DNA from: an uncultured virus (IMG/VR IMGVR_UViG_3300045825_000547)
Taxonomy: Duplodnaviria > Heunggongvirae > Uroviricota > Caudoviricetes
Strand: one strand, 5' to 3'
Length of the DNA: 55,116 nt
IMG/VR virus record: IMGVR_UViG_3300045825_000547
Shown here: one piece after another, positions 8,769 through 18,588 of the stretch
Layout of the letters: each line of letters starts with the position of its first letter
How positions within the stretch are numbered: position 1 is the stretch's first letter
Made by a program: the position numbers and the translations under genes
Notes under the pieces: model-generated
What the model saw: the letters and a program-made list of their open reading frames with translations, nothing else
The model's database searches: none
Told to the model about the DNA's origin: nothing

Positions 8769-9247
8769 CAGAGAAGAAGAAAAAACAAGAGCCACCCTTT
8801 CCACCAGTTTTCCGCTTGCGTTGCCGAGAAGATTGGACAAAGGAAATGAGGGAGCAATACGCAGACGAGAAGGAAGGACTAGCCTATTTGCATCGCGCGC
8901 AGATAGAGGATAAAGCTACCTTAAAGGCTTTGTTCCTTCTAATAAAGCATTCCTTTAAAGGGAAAGACCTAGACTATAAACAGTTAGATACTTTAGAACG
9001 CAGGCAGGAAGAAATAAAGCAGCAGCAACGAACTCTGGCTTATAGAAAACTGCAAATGTTTGAATTGCGTCTGCTCCTTAAGCCCGATGCATGGGCTGAC
9101 AGATGGTTCCCTGCTTGTGAGACTTGTAAGAAGAGAAAGGAAGATGTGGAGTGGAGGATAGACCCCTACAACCATGAGATTCATGATGATGAATCTAAAC
9201 ATTATATATGCGGGGATTGTTATGATGACGCTCTGGGGGATATATGA
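8765..9247 (+). CDS. Coiled-coil plus C-terminal Zn-finger-like protein
   Basis: ATGA overlap at 8765; CETC...DPY..EIH...CGDCY. Confidence 0.75.
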   Translation: MTEKKKKQEPPFPPVFRLRCREDWTKEMREQYADEKEGLAYLHRAQIEDKATLKALFLLIKHSFKGKDLDYKQLDTLERRQEEIKQQQRTLAYRKLQMFELRLLLKPDAWADRWFPACETCKKRKEDVEWRIDPYNHEIHDDESKHYICGDCYDDALGDI

Positions 9248-9618
9248 TAGCTACTACAACCCCTGTCGCTGCTCCTGCCCCACTTGTCTGGTATTATTTG
9301 CCCGTCGGTAACTTACTGGTACGAATACCAGAGAAGGGGGTAACCCTCACGGAAGGGGCTGCTATGTATTATAACGACATACGTAACACACAACAGATTG
9401 CTGTAGATTACCATTCCGTGGGGTTTCTCCGGAAATGGGCGGGAAACTCTGCCGCACATAAGGTGGCAGTCCCAATAGATTTAGCGGAGAAATTAAACAG
9501 ATATATAAGTAACTCCTCGTATATGGATTATCTAGGGGTGTGTGTTGAGCTTAGTGTATCTGTGGAAATAGTCGAGTGGGTAAAGGCGGGATGTTTACTA
9601 GAGAGAGCACAAATGTAG
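9244..9618 (+). CDS. 'VW-family' hypothetical protein
   Basis: PAPLVWYYL ... VPIDLAEKL. Confidence 0.8.
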   Translation: MIATTTPVAAPAPLVWYYLPVGNLLVRIPEKGVTLTEGAAMYYNDIRNTQQIAVDYHSVGFLRKWAGNSAAHKVAVPIDLAEKLNRYISNSSYMDYLGVCVELSVSVEIVEWVKAGCLLERAQM

Positions 9619-9622
9619 GCTA

Positions 9623-9660
9623 GAAATAACACGCCTTTTCTTGGCATAAGATAGTACAAA
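9623..9660 (+). promoter_or_regulatory. Putative phage early promoter, copy 3
   Basis: GAAA-N15-TGGCATAAGAT, followed by hairpin AAGAGA...TCTCTT and a T-tract. Confidence 0.65.
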
Positions 9661-9737
9661 CAAGAAGAGATTGCTGAAAGGCTTTCTCTTTTTTTATTTT
9701 ATATATTAATCCCTTTATTTTAGGGAAAGGAACAGCA

Positions 9738-10040
9738 ATGAATAAGAATACATGTGTTAGAGAGTTTCAAACTAACAGACAGGATGCCCATGGGTCGGTA
9801 GAGATAAAAGGATGCTTCGCGTTATATAATGACCCTCCGGCACCAGAGAGCTCGTTCGCCCCACATAAAGTGGTACACAGTTTATTGGACAACTTGGACC
9901 CGGAAGCATCTTTCCCATATAACAAATTTGTGGACTTTGCGTGGGATGTGCCTATAATTGGGGACATTGCTCTGCTCTTGCGTGGATACTATTGGGTAAC
10001 AGATATAACTACAGCAGAGGAACCTGTATGCGTAAACTAA
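9738..10040 (+). CDS. Hypothetical protein
   Basis: AAGGA SD after hairpin TCCCT[TTATTTT]AGGGA. Confidence 0.7.
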   Translation: MNKNTCVREFQTNRQDAHGSVEIKGCFALYNDPPAPESSFAPHKVVHSLLDNLDPEASFPYNKFVDFAWDVPIIGDIALLLRGYYWVTDITTAEEPVCVN

Positions 10041-10660
10041 AAGATGGTTCTATAGGGTGGCGACCTGCATCAGAGAAAAACTGGATTAACCTCCTCCTCC
10101 TTTCCTACATAGAACTACTACAGTTTAAGAAAGAGGCTATCAGGGGGAAAATCCTTAGCCAACCTAGTGAAAACAAAAAGAGGATTGCGAAGAATTCTCA
10201 CACACCCCAACTCCATAGGCTTGATAAAGAGATAGCGCTTCTCCGAGAGATGTATAACGACAAGAATCACAAAGGTTGGGAAGAGGAAGCATTCATTAGA
10301 AGCTTAGCCGATGGACACATAGAGACCGTGTTAGCTCCCATGTTTACGGATAGCTCGATAATAGATACCCCCTCTGATGGATCGTACTATGCTCTGATGA
10401 AACGAAATGCTTTAAAGAAAACCCAGTCCCATATTGCTTCTAAGTTCAACGTGAGGTTAATGAATGCAGAGAACGATTATCTAGGTATTCCACTAAAAGT
10501 TTTCTACACACCGCAAAGGAAGCTTAGAGTTGTTGTGGGCACCAAACAACCATCAGGAAGCATAGCCAAGGAGCACGAACTTAATATGGGGAATGCCTCG
10601 GAACATGATGTGTTTGCCTTAATACGATTGATTAGAAAAATAGGAGAAAAGAATGAGTAA
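10028..10660 (+). CDS. Hypothetical protein
   Basis: GAGGA SD before ATG 10028. Confidence 0.75.
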   Translation: MRKLKDGSIGWRPASEKNWINLLLLSYIELLQFKKEAIRGKILSQPSENKKRIAKNSHTPQLHRLDKEIALLREMYNDKNHKGWEEEAFIRSLADGHIETVLAPMFTDSSIIDTPSDGSYYALMKRNALKKTQSHIASKFNVRLMNAENDYLGIPLKVFYTPQRKLRVVVGTKQPSGSIAKEHELNMGNASEHDVFALIRLIRKIGEKNE

Positions 10661-11132
10661 TGCAAATTTTGCTTATGGTGAAGCAACAGAGAACTATAAG
10701 GACCAGGATCTGTCTGTAGATGAGTTAGCCCTCTACCATCAACAACTTGTAGACCTTATAGAGAAGAGTCAGAAAAACTGTGCAGTGATTAATGTGGTGA
10801 GGAGAATGCTGGAACTTGGGATAGCAAGTAATGAGCCTATAGTTCCCATTGTGATTCACCTTTGCCCAGGGGGAGAAGTGGGGGCTAAGATACTATCTAT
10901 CACCGCCAGGTTCTCCCCTGCAGATACCTTAGTGACAGAGAAGGTGTTTTGTAGATGGGAGATTTATGTGAGAGTTCCTAAGCCCCCTATAAACGAATCG
11001 GCTGCAGCCTTTATAAAATACGAAGGGACGCATTCTTTATATGTGCCGGTAGTGCAAGAGAAACTACTTATAGACCTACCAATTAAAACGTTAGAGGGCC
11101 TAGCAGAAGATCTTAGAAAAGTAACCATATAA
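10653..11132 (+). CDS. Hypothetical protein
   Basis: AGGAG SD, coupled to upstream gene. Confidence 0.75.
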   Translation: MSNANFAYGEATENYKDQDLSVDELALYHQQLVDLIEKSQKNCAVINVVRRMLELGIASNEPIVPIVIHLCPGGEVGAKILSITARFSPADTLVTEKVFCRWEIYVRVPKPPINESAAAFIKYEGTHSLYVPVVQEKLLIDLPIKTLEGLAEDLRKVTI

Positions 11133-11136
11133 CAAC

Positions 11137-11164
11137 CCGTAATGCAATATTTGTTGCATTACGG
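11137..11164. terminator. Intergenic stem-loop (terminator or processing site)
   Basis: CCGTAATGCAA-tatttg-TTGCATTACGG, followed by AT-rich tract. Confidence 0.55.
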
Positions 11165-11200
11165 TATTTAAATATTATTAGAAATTATAAGGAAAACAAT

Positions 11201-11626
11201 ATGAAAGATAGATTTACCAAAGATGCTTGGTGGCAAGCAACTTGCATAAATTTAAATAAATGGGGGTATGAGACCTACGCCAATGTTTTAACAGTGGTTA
11301 AGCCTCAGCCCAGAAACTGGTACGTATTAAGGTATGCCGGCACTAAGGATTCTTGGGACGCATCAGTATATAAAGATTCTAAAGTGTTCACCCCTTTCAT
11401 GATTGTGGAAGCCGCTAGTGGGACAGATGCCCATCTTAGAATAACCGCACTGGAGCCCGATCTTACTATTGATTGGTTTGCCCAATTAGATTGGTGGTGG
11501 GTGGATCAAACGGCTTCTGAGTGGGAGGCTTGTTTTGTTAAGATAAAACACAATCTAACGTACCCATACATAGTAGCTCTGCTCCACGCAAACGATATGG
11601 TTCAGCATGTAAGCATGGAGGAATAA
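11201..11626 (+). CDS. Hypothetical protein, likely distant paralog of 8241-8768
   Basis: WY...IVEAASGTDA...WWW...LLHANDMV pattern. Confidence 0.7.
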   Translation: MKDRFTKDAWWQATCINLNKWGYETYANVLTVVKPQPRNWYVLRYAGTKDSWDASVYKDSKVFTPFMIVEAASGTDAHLRITALEPDLTIDWFAQLDWWWVDQTASEWEACFVKIKHNLTYPYIVALLHANDMVQHVSMEE

Positions 11627-11630
11627 CCAA

Positions 11631-12242
11631 ATGGCTAAAAGAAAATCAGCAAAGCTAACACCAGATGCCCCATCCCTTGTGATAGGCGTTAGGCGCTCCA
11701 CAGTGGAGGAAGCCCCCACGCTTAAATGGTTTAATGCGGAGGTTTATGTTGGCATGGAAGTGATGAAAACTCCTCCGCCTATGTACTGGCTTCAAGCTAA
11801 AGATAGAGAAACTGCTGTGGAACACTCTCCTGCAGTTTTCATAGAGGAACTGGATAGATGGGCGGCGTTACGAGCCTCTCACGCAGAAGGCGTAACCACC
11901 CCATTCCATCATCCTGACTCAACGATGTCAGTAAATACTTGGGTTAACGCTACGGGAAGAACTGTGTTTCTTGTACATGCTACAGGAAAGATAGAGAAGG
12001 TAGAACAGGTATGTGTGAGAGACCTTTGCCTTTTATTTGATGGGCATCCCACACCAATCGAAACTTTCTCTACGGAAGAGATGATACTAGTGGAGGCAAA
12101 TGATACGTCTCCTCCTTTCACCTCAGTAGTTAGAAGGAGAGACGTTGACGAGTTAATCTATGGTAAATCTCTGCTGTTCTCATCAAGCAGGGGAAAAGGA
12201 GAGCTAACTATTAAGGGGGAACAAAGCTATGGGAAGAAATGA
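11631..12242 (+). CDS. Hypothetical protein, likely paralog of 8241-8768
   Basis: GGAGG SD; TLKW...LQAKDRETA...DRW...VFLVHATGKIEKV. Confidence 0.75.
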   Translation: MAKRKSAKLTPDAPSLVIGVRRSTVEEAPTLKWFNAEVYVGMEVMKTPPPMYWLQAKDRETAVEHSPAVFIEELDRWAALRASHAEGVTTPFHHPDSTMSVNTWVNATGRTVFLVHATGKIEKVEQVCVRDLCLLFDGHPTPIETFSTEEMILVEANDTSPPFTSVVRRRDVDELIYGKSLLFSSSRGKGELTIKGEQSYGKK

Positions 12243-12489
12243 TGTCCCTATGGGGGTTTGGTATTTTGATACAAGAAGCGTGTCGTTTTGTAATTGTTAT
12301 TACTACAAAAGAATACCGGAGGATCCGGGTATAATATCCGTGACAGAAGATGGGGGAATTATTCGTTATTTTTCAAATATGCCGCACTTTAAAACTACCG
12401 CTTCTGCAGAAGAAGCTGCGGTATTAGAACAGATCATCACAGCAAATGCGAGCTTATTACGATTAAGGCGCGAGAGGGAAAAGAAATGA
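12229..12489 (+). CDS. 'VW-family' protein (array member 1)
   Basis: DVPMGVWYF ... AEEAAVLE. Confidence 0.75.
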   Translation: MGRNDVPMGVWYFDTRSVSFCNCYYYKRIPEDPGIISVTEDGGIIRYFSNMPHFKTTASAEEAAVLEQIITANASLLRLRREREKK

Positions 12490-12815
12490 AGAGAAAACAA
12501 AAGCCTGTTCCTCCCCTCATACCCTTAGAAGTATGGGTATGGGTACAGGACACCCCCTGGGCTATAATGTGTTACAGAAAAACAGCCACACCAAGAGATG
12601 GCGTGGCGGAAGCTATTCAGCTTTCCTCTGGTATTATCTTTTGGAATATAGATGTGGATGCTAGATTAGGAGAAAACATCTTCTCCTTTGTTCCTATGAA
12701 AGGAGTGGAGATACTAAGGCAATTGATGGATATGGAAGACTCTGATTATGTGGGACGACTGCAGGTAAGAGATCGAAGACTTTTATTAAATAAATTGGAG
12801 GCTATGTTGGTATGA
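12486..12815 (+). CDS. 'VW-family' protein (array member 2)
   Basis: IPLEVWVW; ATGA overlap. Confidence 0.75.
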   Translation: MKRKQKPVPPLIPLEVWVWVQDTPWAIMCYRKTATPRDGVAEAIQLSSGIIFWNIDVDARLGENIFSFVPMKGVEILRQLMDMEDSDYVGRLQVRDRRLLLNKLEAMLV

Positions 12816-13198
12816 TAGACCTGATAGACATAGACCCCCCTGCTTTCATACCAGATGTGTGGAGAATAGTAAGAGGGGGCAATTGGGTAAAGAGCAAAAT
12901 AGAACAACACCCAAACCAGGAATCGAGTTCAAGATCTTATTCCTCCCATTTCACTGTAGACGTGGTCCTATGTTCGGTAATGCATTATGCTCCAGATTAT
13001 TGGATGCTTGCATTGGAGGAAGGAAGAGTGATAGACAATATGGAAATAGTAAATCTACTGGAAGAGGCTATTACTCCATCTATACAGATGAAATTCCCCC
13101 TCCTATATTCCCGCAACATACACTGGGAGCTACCAAAAGAGATTCAGACCAAAATATATGAGATTATAAAAAGAAATGCGGAGAAAAAAGCAATATGA
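12812..13198 (+). CDS. 'VW-family' protein (array member 3)
   Basis: FIPDVWRI ... EIVNLLEE. Confidence 0.75.
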   Translation: MIDLIDIDPPAFIPDVWRIVRGGNWVKSKIEQHPNQESSSRSYSSHFTVDVVLCSVMHYAPDYWMLALEEGRVIDNMEIVNLLEEAITPSIQMKFPLLYSRNIHWELPKEIQTKIYEIIKRNAEKKAI

Positions 13199-13587
13199 AA
13201 CTAAACACTTTCCCTCCGGAGATTTGGTTCAGAGGACATGCAGCTGCATGGTCTGCACCTTTCTTCTTTAAAACTATTAAGGACAATCCTATTGGGGCTT
13301 GGACCATTACACGATACCCATCAAATGCTTACCTAAGTGAAGGAACGTGGCTGCCGTTCCATGCAGTGAGAGAGGTTGTTCAATTGAATACTGCGGATGC
13401 AGAGATCCTAGAATGTATCCTCCATAAGCACAAAGAGAAAGTGAGTAAAAGATGGAACGGGACAGATATAGTAGGTATTTCTAAATTCCCGCTCCCTTAT
13501 AAGAAAATGAGCTCTGTCCTAAAGAAAGGGGAGATATTAATGGTACCAACCCATGAAAGTGATTGGGAAGGACAGGAGGAGGAATGA
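13195..13587 (+). CDS. 'VW-family' protein (array member 4)
   Basis: FPPEIWFR ... DAEILE. Confidence 0.75.
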   Translation: MKLNTFPPEIWFRGHAAAWSAPFFFKTIKDNPIGAWTITRYPSNAYLSEGTWLPFHAVREVVQLNTADAEILECILHKHKEKVSKRWNGTDIVGISKFPLPYKKMSSVLKKGEILMVPTHESDWEGQEEE

Positions 13588-14042
13588 AAACAATAACGCG
13601 TAATATAGCTAATGATAGATTTGCTTATAGTGCTGACTATACTAGGAGATATGAGTTATATGATTGTGCTCTAGATGTTTGGTATTCGCTTAGCCATGAA
13701 TACCATTGTGTTAGTTTCTTCAAGCGCATCTATAGTGGGATGTTTATCGTGCTTGTGGAGAGAACAACAGATTTTGAGATTTTCTCTATCGAGCAGCTTA
13801 ACCAGTATCTTGCAGGAAGTCGCCCGTATCCTATTTCTTTTTCCAAAGCCTTAAAGTTGCAGGAAGTTGTTGCCACTGCAGGCTCCACTGACAGAGACCG
13901 ATACTTGGGAACATATATCGAAAGCCTAAGGGGAGAGGAATTCATAAAAGCACTAGCAGAACATAGTGACTGGGGGGATGTGGATATGTTTATTGATAAA
14001 GGTTCCCACATAGAGTTCCCAGTAAGGAGCTACCTACCATGA
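13584..14042 (+). CDS. 'VW-family' protein (array member 5)
   Basis: GGAGGAGG SD; ALDVWYSL ... PISFSKALKL. Confidence 0.75.
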   Translation: MKTITRNIANDRFAYSADYTRRYELYDCALDVWYSLSHEYHCVSFFKRIYSGMFIVLVERTTDFEIFSIEQLNQYLAGSRPYPISFSKALKLQEVVATAGSTDRDRYLGTYIESLRGEEFIKALAEHSDWGDVDMFIDKGSHIEFPVRSYLP

Positions 14043-14380
14043 GTAACGAAATTCTCTCAGGGGTGTGGCTGTATTGGTTCGCAAAAGAATTCAGAGGAGT
14101 GGAGCTTTTATTTGGGAAAGTGAGCAAGAACGGTTCCCATCTCCATGTGATTATTGAGCCGAGTGGCTCTATCAATGATGACCTGGAGCCTTGGAAGTTT
14201 CCTCTGTTCATGAGCCCCCTAGATTTTAAACGACCCCCAATAGCGTTGGCAGAGGCCTTAGAGAATGTCCTTCAGCATTATTACACGAGTGAAGATTTCT
14301 TTATGGACTACCAAGCCCCATCTAAATTAGAAATGTTATTAAAAGAGGAGATAAATATATATTTTGCAAGTTCAAACTAA
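14039..14380 (+). CDS. 'VW-family' protein (array member 6)
   Basis: LSGVWLYW ... PPIALAEALE. Confidence 0.75.
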   Translation: MSNEILSGVWLYWFAKEFRGVELLFGKVSKNGSHLHVIIEPSGSINDDLEPWKFPLFMSPLDFKRPPIALAEALENVLQHYYTSEDFFMDYQAPSKLEMLLKEEINIYFASSN

Positions 14381-14825
14381 CATAACAGATATTCCGTACG
14401 TAATTCCTCGTACGAAACAGAAGGTGTGGTTCTCTATGGATGTGTGGTATTACTGTAGTGTTAGCAGTACTATCTTCCAATTGTCAACTCCTCCTCCTAT
14501 CGGGGAGAGAACTGTTTCCATAAAACCTAATTTGTTCGACGTAGGTGGCTATACATCGTTTGAAGTGATAAACACTTGTCTCTTTATTGACAGTCCTGTT
14601 ATTGCACCTGCTTCCCTTGTAGAGAACTTCATTCTTCCGGTCATTGCGAAATATGATGCATGGAGAGAAGAACGGAAGCGTGCTACTTATGAGTATAACT
14701 CTCATGGACATTATGTAACTCCTCTGATGAACAAACGCTGCCCTGATTACCTATTTATAAAACTAGCTGATGAATTAATTAAAACAAAGGAGGCTTATGC
14801 AAACAATACTAATGAAATGGCCTGA
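14364..14825 (+). CDS. 'VW-family' protein (array member 7), paralog of member 8
   Basis: TTG start after GAGGAG; SMDVWYYC ... IAPASLVE. Confidence 0.7.
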   Translation: MQVQTNITDIPYVIPRTKQKVWFSMDVWYYCSVSSTIFQLSTPPPIGERTVSIKPNLFDVGGYTSFEVINTCLFIDSPVIAPASLVENFILPVIAKYDAWREERKRATYEYNSHGHYVTPLMNKRCPDYLFIKLADELIKTKEAYANNTNEMA

Positions 14826-15315
14826 TAAGACCGGACTGGCTATCCCCCGTAACGGGCTAGTCACAAAAGATGGGTTCTGGTTCTACCCTTGCCGCGTCCT
14901 ACCAGAGCTAATGGGGGAACCTGGACAGCTTGCGTGGGTTAGGGAAGATATTTGGTACTTCTCTGAAAGGGGTCAAATTTACTATAAGCTTTCTTCCACA
15001 CCTGAGTTTTCTCAGCGGGTTATTATAGTGGTCCCCCGAGATGGGGAGGTGGTAAAGGGTTACAGCATGTTTCAGATTATAACCACCATATTTCAGGTCT
15101 CTGTTCCCATAGTTGTTCCAACGGAATACGCTGAGCTTCTTTACTTAGCCCAGGATGCCTATGAGAGGTGGAGAAGCACTTGGGATGAAACCGGCTACAA
15201 CGGCGCAAGGGATCTGGACTGCTACCACTTCTTAGGAGAGTCTTTAGTGAGAAATATTGTGGCCGCAACAATAGATATTATGACAGCGCAGGAGGAATAC
15301 GCTTATGCAAGTTAA
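14797..15315 (+). CDS. 'VW-family' protein (array member 8)
   Basis: AAGGAGG SD; REDIWYFS ... VPTEYAELL. Confidence 0.8.
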   Translation: MQTILMKWPDKTGLAIPRNGLVTKDGFWFYPCRVLPELMGEPGQLAWVREDIWYFSERGQIYYKLSSTPEFSQRVIIVVPRDGEVVKGYSMFQIITTIFQVSVPIVVPTEYAELLYLAQDAYERWRSTWDETGYNGARDLDCYHFLGESLVRNIVAATIDIMTAQEEYAYAS

Positions 15316-15727
15316 ACTACCTTGCTACGACGCTGGGATGCTCGGCGGGAAATACGAGATCACACCGAAGATACACCCAGGCCGTATTGCAGCCCCTCCC
15401 TTAGGGGTTTGGGTGAAGGACGGACAAAGCTACTACCAAAAGGACGTAGATAGACAATTCTTTTGTTGGGAGATAGATACCCAAGAATATAGTGTGAGAG
15501 GTATTGTGTATGGAACTCTCATGTCTAATAGCGGAGGACCTGGTTGGTATGTGGCAGGACAAGAAGTGGGGGAGCTTCTTACTAATATCTGCAAGTTCCT
15601 TGAGAAATCGGAGGAGGCTCTGCCTGTTATTGATAAGTACCGCCACAAAATGCTAATACCTATAGGCCTTTTGGGGGAACTAGCAGCTGCTATAGAAAAA
15701 GAAGAAAAAGAGAGAAACCCTAAATGA
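15305..15727 (+). CDS. 'VW-family' protein (array member 9)
   Basis: PPLGVWVK ... VAGQEVGELL. Confidence 0.75.
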   Translation: MQVKLPCYDAGMLGGKYEITPKIHPGRIAAPPLGVWVKDGQSYYQKDVDRQFFCWEIDTQEYSVRGIVYGTLMSNSGGPGWYVAGQEVGELLTNICKFLEKSEEALPVIDKYRHKMLIPIGLLGELAAAIEKEEKERNPK

Positions 15728-16077
15728 TAATTTCAGAAAAACATGGGAAGCTAGTGCGGGGGAGAGACGTTCCTATGGGGGTGTGGTGCTCACCCCGAGA
15801 AGTTACCCACTCCTTGTATTTTAAAGACCCTGATGAACAACTAGTACTGGTAATTTACTCAGCAATCAGTATGGCTGGTTGGTATTCGCATTTGCCGCTG
15901 TTTGATGCCTACAACCCTGTCCTAATTCTTAACCAAGAACTAGCAGAGAAAATGAATCAAGTGAGGGATGCGTTGTATGCAGCAATGGCACCTAAAAAGC
16001 CATTTGTAGATCAGTACTATGGAAATAAACCACACAATCTTGTATCTAAAGTACTGAAGGAGATAAACAAATCATGA
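15724..16077 (+). CDS. 'VW-family' protein (array member 10)
   Basis: DVPMGVWCS ... ELAEKM. Confidence 0.75.
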   Translation: MIISEKHGKLVRGRDVPMGVWCSPREVTHSLYFKDPDEQLVLVIYSAISMAGWYSHLPLFDAYNPVLILNQELAEKMNQVRDALYAAMAPKKPFVDQYYGNKPHNLVSKVLKEINKS

Positions 16078-16529
16078 AAGAATATCTTTCCAGAAGAGAA
16101 CAGGAAAAGAAAGAAAAGGGGAAAGACTCTTCGCTTGACGAAGTGTGGTTCTATAGGATAGCTGAGGCCGTAGCTGCATGGGAAAACTCAAAGAGGATGT
16201 GGTTCTATAAACGAATAGATCTCCCTTCTCTGCCGCTAGGGTGTTTAGTTGTTAGATTTTACCAACACGATATGCAGTTTATATCAGGTATGAGTTCTCC
16301 TAGCTTGGGAGGGGCATATTCCTTATGCCCTATCGATGTGGCAGAGAAGTTAGAAAGGCTTTACCGCACACAGTATATTGCCGGTCTTCTTGACCTACAA
16401 CACCTAGGGAAATATCAAAGAGATGGGGCGATTACTACACGCTTCACACGAAGTTGCTTCTTCCCTATCAAGGAGGCGTGCCAGGAAACAGGGATTTGGG
16501 ATGATGGAGGATATTATGCTCAAGTATAA
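16074..16529 (+). CDS. 'VW-family' protein (array member 11)
   Basis: LDEVWFYR ... CPIDVAEKLE. Confidence 0.75.
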   Translation: MKEYLSRREQEKKEKGKDSSLDEVWFYRIAEAVAAWENSKRMWFYKRIDLPSLPLGCLVVRFYQHDMQFISGMSSPSLGGAYSLCPIDVAEKLERLYRTQYIAGLLDLQHLGKYQRDGAITTRFTRSCFFPIKEACQETGIWDDGGYYAQV

Positions 16530-16938
16530 AGGGAAAAGACTACCAACAATTAAGATCCAAAATCTTATAGCTTCCAAGGGGGTAGGAGTATGGGTGACGG
16601 CGTTTAGGAATGGAGATTGGCGAGAGTTTCATAATCTTTTAGAAATCAAAGCCAGTGGTGGAGGTTTGTGGCGAATATACGAGTTTGCTTACCACCCCTC
16701 TTACTGGGGATGCCAGCATCAGAACACAATGGAAGCAACTAACACTAACCTACAAATCTGCCCGTTTGAACTGGCGCAAGTACTAGATGAAGTTAGGGGA
16801 GAGGTAGAAGCAAGATACGAGTCCCTAGGTGATCACCATATTACGCATGAACGACTAACAGACCAGGAGTATATGAAGATCATGGACGTGCTGGAAAGCG
16901 ATGATTTTAAAGATCCTTGGGAAGGAGGAAAAGAATGA
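16516..16938 (+). CDS. 'VW-family' protein (array member 12)
   Basis: GGAGG SD before ATG 16516; GVGVWVT ... CPFELAQVLD. Confidence 0.75.
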   Translation: MLKYKGKRLPTIKIQNLIASKGVGVWVTAFRNGDWREFHNLLEIKASGGGLWRIYEFAYHPSYWGCQHQNTMEATNTNLQICPFELAQVLDEVRGEVEARYESLGDHHITHERLTDQEYMKIMDVLESDDFKDPWEGGKE

Positions 16939-17381
16939 CTAAATTTGCTTGGTGCCCCACATTAGTGGGGAAAGAGGCTCCCCCTGGTATATGGGTGACA
17001 TGGGCTCCTAACCCTTTCGGTACAGTAAAGATATCCGCCGACCCACATGTGTTTAGGAAATATGTAAGAACGGGTTCAGCACAACCTAGTTCCAATTACA
17101 ACATGATTGAGGTGGACATTCTTGGGGATATGAGTGCTTATACAGATCAGTATCCAACATTGTCTGTTGATTTGTACAATTTCATATCACACCGCCCCAC
17201 CACGGTATTCACTGTTGTTCCCCACGACTTAGCGGCAGTGTTAGAACGAGTAGCTATTGAGAGGAAGGGGAAGATGAGAGACCTAGATAGATTCGATATA
17301 CCAGGAGACGACGTGTTGTGGATACAAAGAACAATAGATTATTTAGAGAGGGAACATTATGCCAAACAACAAACAAAATGA
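16935..17381 (+). CDS. 'VW-family' protein (array member 13)
   Basis: APPGIWVTW ... VPHDLAAVLE. Confidence 0.75.
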   Translation: MTKFAWCPTLVGKEAPPGIWVTWAPNPFGTVKISADPHVFRKYVRTGSAQPSSNYNMIEVDILGDMSAYTDQYPTLSVDLYNFISHRPTTVFTVVPHDLAAVLERVAIERKGKMRDLDRFDIPGDDVLWIQRTIDYLEREHYAKQQTK

Positions 17382-17823
17382 CGATAAGCCGGCTAAGCTG
17401 CCACTTGACCTTTGGTATTTCAAGCCTACCGGCTATGCAGCGTTTTATCTACCACTAAGCACATCAATTCCGCAAGGAGATCAACAAGTAGACATACAAA
17501 GGCGTATCCATTCTTGGAACGATGCACTATATGGTGTATTTCCGGGTAAGAGTAGGATAGATTCTTACGACACCTGCTATGTTTTTTCCTGCGTCAATCC
17601 TGCTAGTTTGGTGTTAGCTCCTATGCCTTTAGTGAATGTGTTGGATAAGGTGAGGGAAGAATATGTTATGAATATGGATAAACATTATATGCACATGTAC
17701 AGAGACGTGAATCCTGGAGAGATAAGCGAAGGGCTTCTCATTCAGCTACGAGCCCTTACTGAGGAATTCACAAAGACTTGTGTTATCGACGACAAAAGGA
17801 GGTTATATGCCACGCACTCCTAA
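17359..17823 (+). CDS. 'VW-family' protein (array member 14)
   Basis: LPLDLWYF ... APMPLVNVLD. Confidence 0.75.
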   Translation: MPNNKQNDDKPAKLPLDLWYFKPTGYAAFYLPLSTSIPQGDQQVDIQRRIHSWNDALYGVFPGKSRIDSYDTCYVFSCVNPASLVLAPMPLVNVLDKVREEYVMNMDKHYMHMYRDVNPGEISEGLLIQLRALTEEFTKTCVIDDKRRLYATHS

Positions 17824-18190
17824 GACTGACACAATTCCCTATGAAGGGTTATGGACAATGGCAAACACAAATGTGGCTGTTTGGGGGAAGATAACTGAGA
17901 AGCTGACGCAACCTAACTCGGTTCATGTGGTTGTGAATTTGCTATCGGGTCTGGTTAGATTCCACCCCCGAGGTTGGTGGCCCCGCTTCTTCAACATTCA
18001 TAACCTAGCCCCTTTTGGCACGGCAGAGATATTGGATAGAGAGATTTCTCCAACCTCCCACCCTTGGATCTTTGGGGAAGATGCTTGGCTATCTGTGCAA
18101 TCAGAGCTGCAACACATCTGGCTGCCTGATCCGGCTTGTGATGAGTGTAGGAGCTTTATTCAAGAAGAATGGCTGAGGAGGCACAGATGA
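17807..18190 (+). CDS. 'VW-family' protein (array member 15)
   Basis: AGGAGG SD; PYEGLWTM ... APFGTAEILD. Confidence 0.75.
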   Translation: MPRTPKTDTIPYEGLWTMANTNVAVWGKITEKLTQPNSVHVVVNLLSGLVRFHPRGWWPRFFNIHNLAPFGTAEILDREISPTSHPWIFGEDAWLSVQSELQHIWLPDPACDECRSFIQEEWLRRHR

Positions 18191-18588
18191 ATAATACACA
18201 GTTTTACGATAGTCTTTGGCGATACTACGCTAACGAAAACGCTTTCATAAAAAGTTCGTTTACTTCCATTTATGACAAAGACACAACGGACAACGTCGCA
18301 AGGCATGACGTGAAAATGGTGCATACATTTATCACAGTGGCTTGGGGTTTTGTTAATTGGTACGAACCCGGGTACTGGGGGTACAATACTCTACCCTTAT
18401 TTGATTACCCTGTGTGTGACTTTGCATTTAGTTGCTTCTTAGAAGATCTGGATATAGCTAGTAGGGCTAGCCGAGTAGGGGATGGGGGAAAAATAACATC
18501 TGCAGCGGTCAATGCAGAAGCTAGAGCCATATTATATAAAAAGGTAGAACAAATAAGAGGAGAAATGAAACATGAAGCAACCGCCTGA
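18187..18588 (+). CDS. 'VW-family' protein (array member 16, divergent)
   Basis: YDSLWRYY ... VCDFAFSCFLE. Confidence 0.7.
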   Translation: MNNTQFYDSLWRYYANENAFIKSSFTSIYDKDTTDNVARHDVKMVHTFITVAWGFVNWYEPGYWGYNTLPLFDYPVCDFAFSCFLEDLDIASRASRVGDGGKITSAAVNAEARAILYKKVEQIRGEMKHEATA

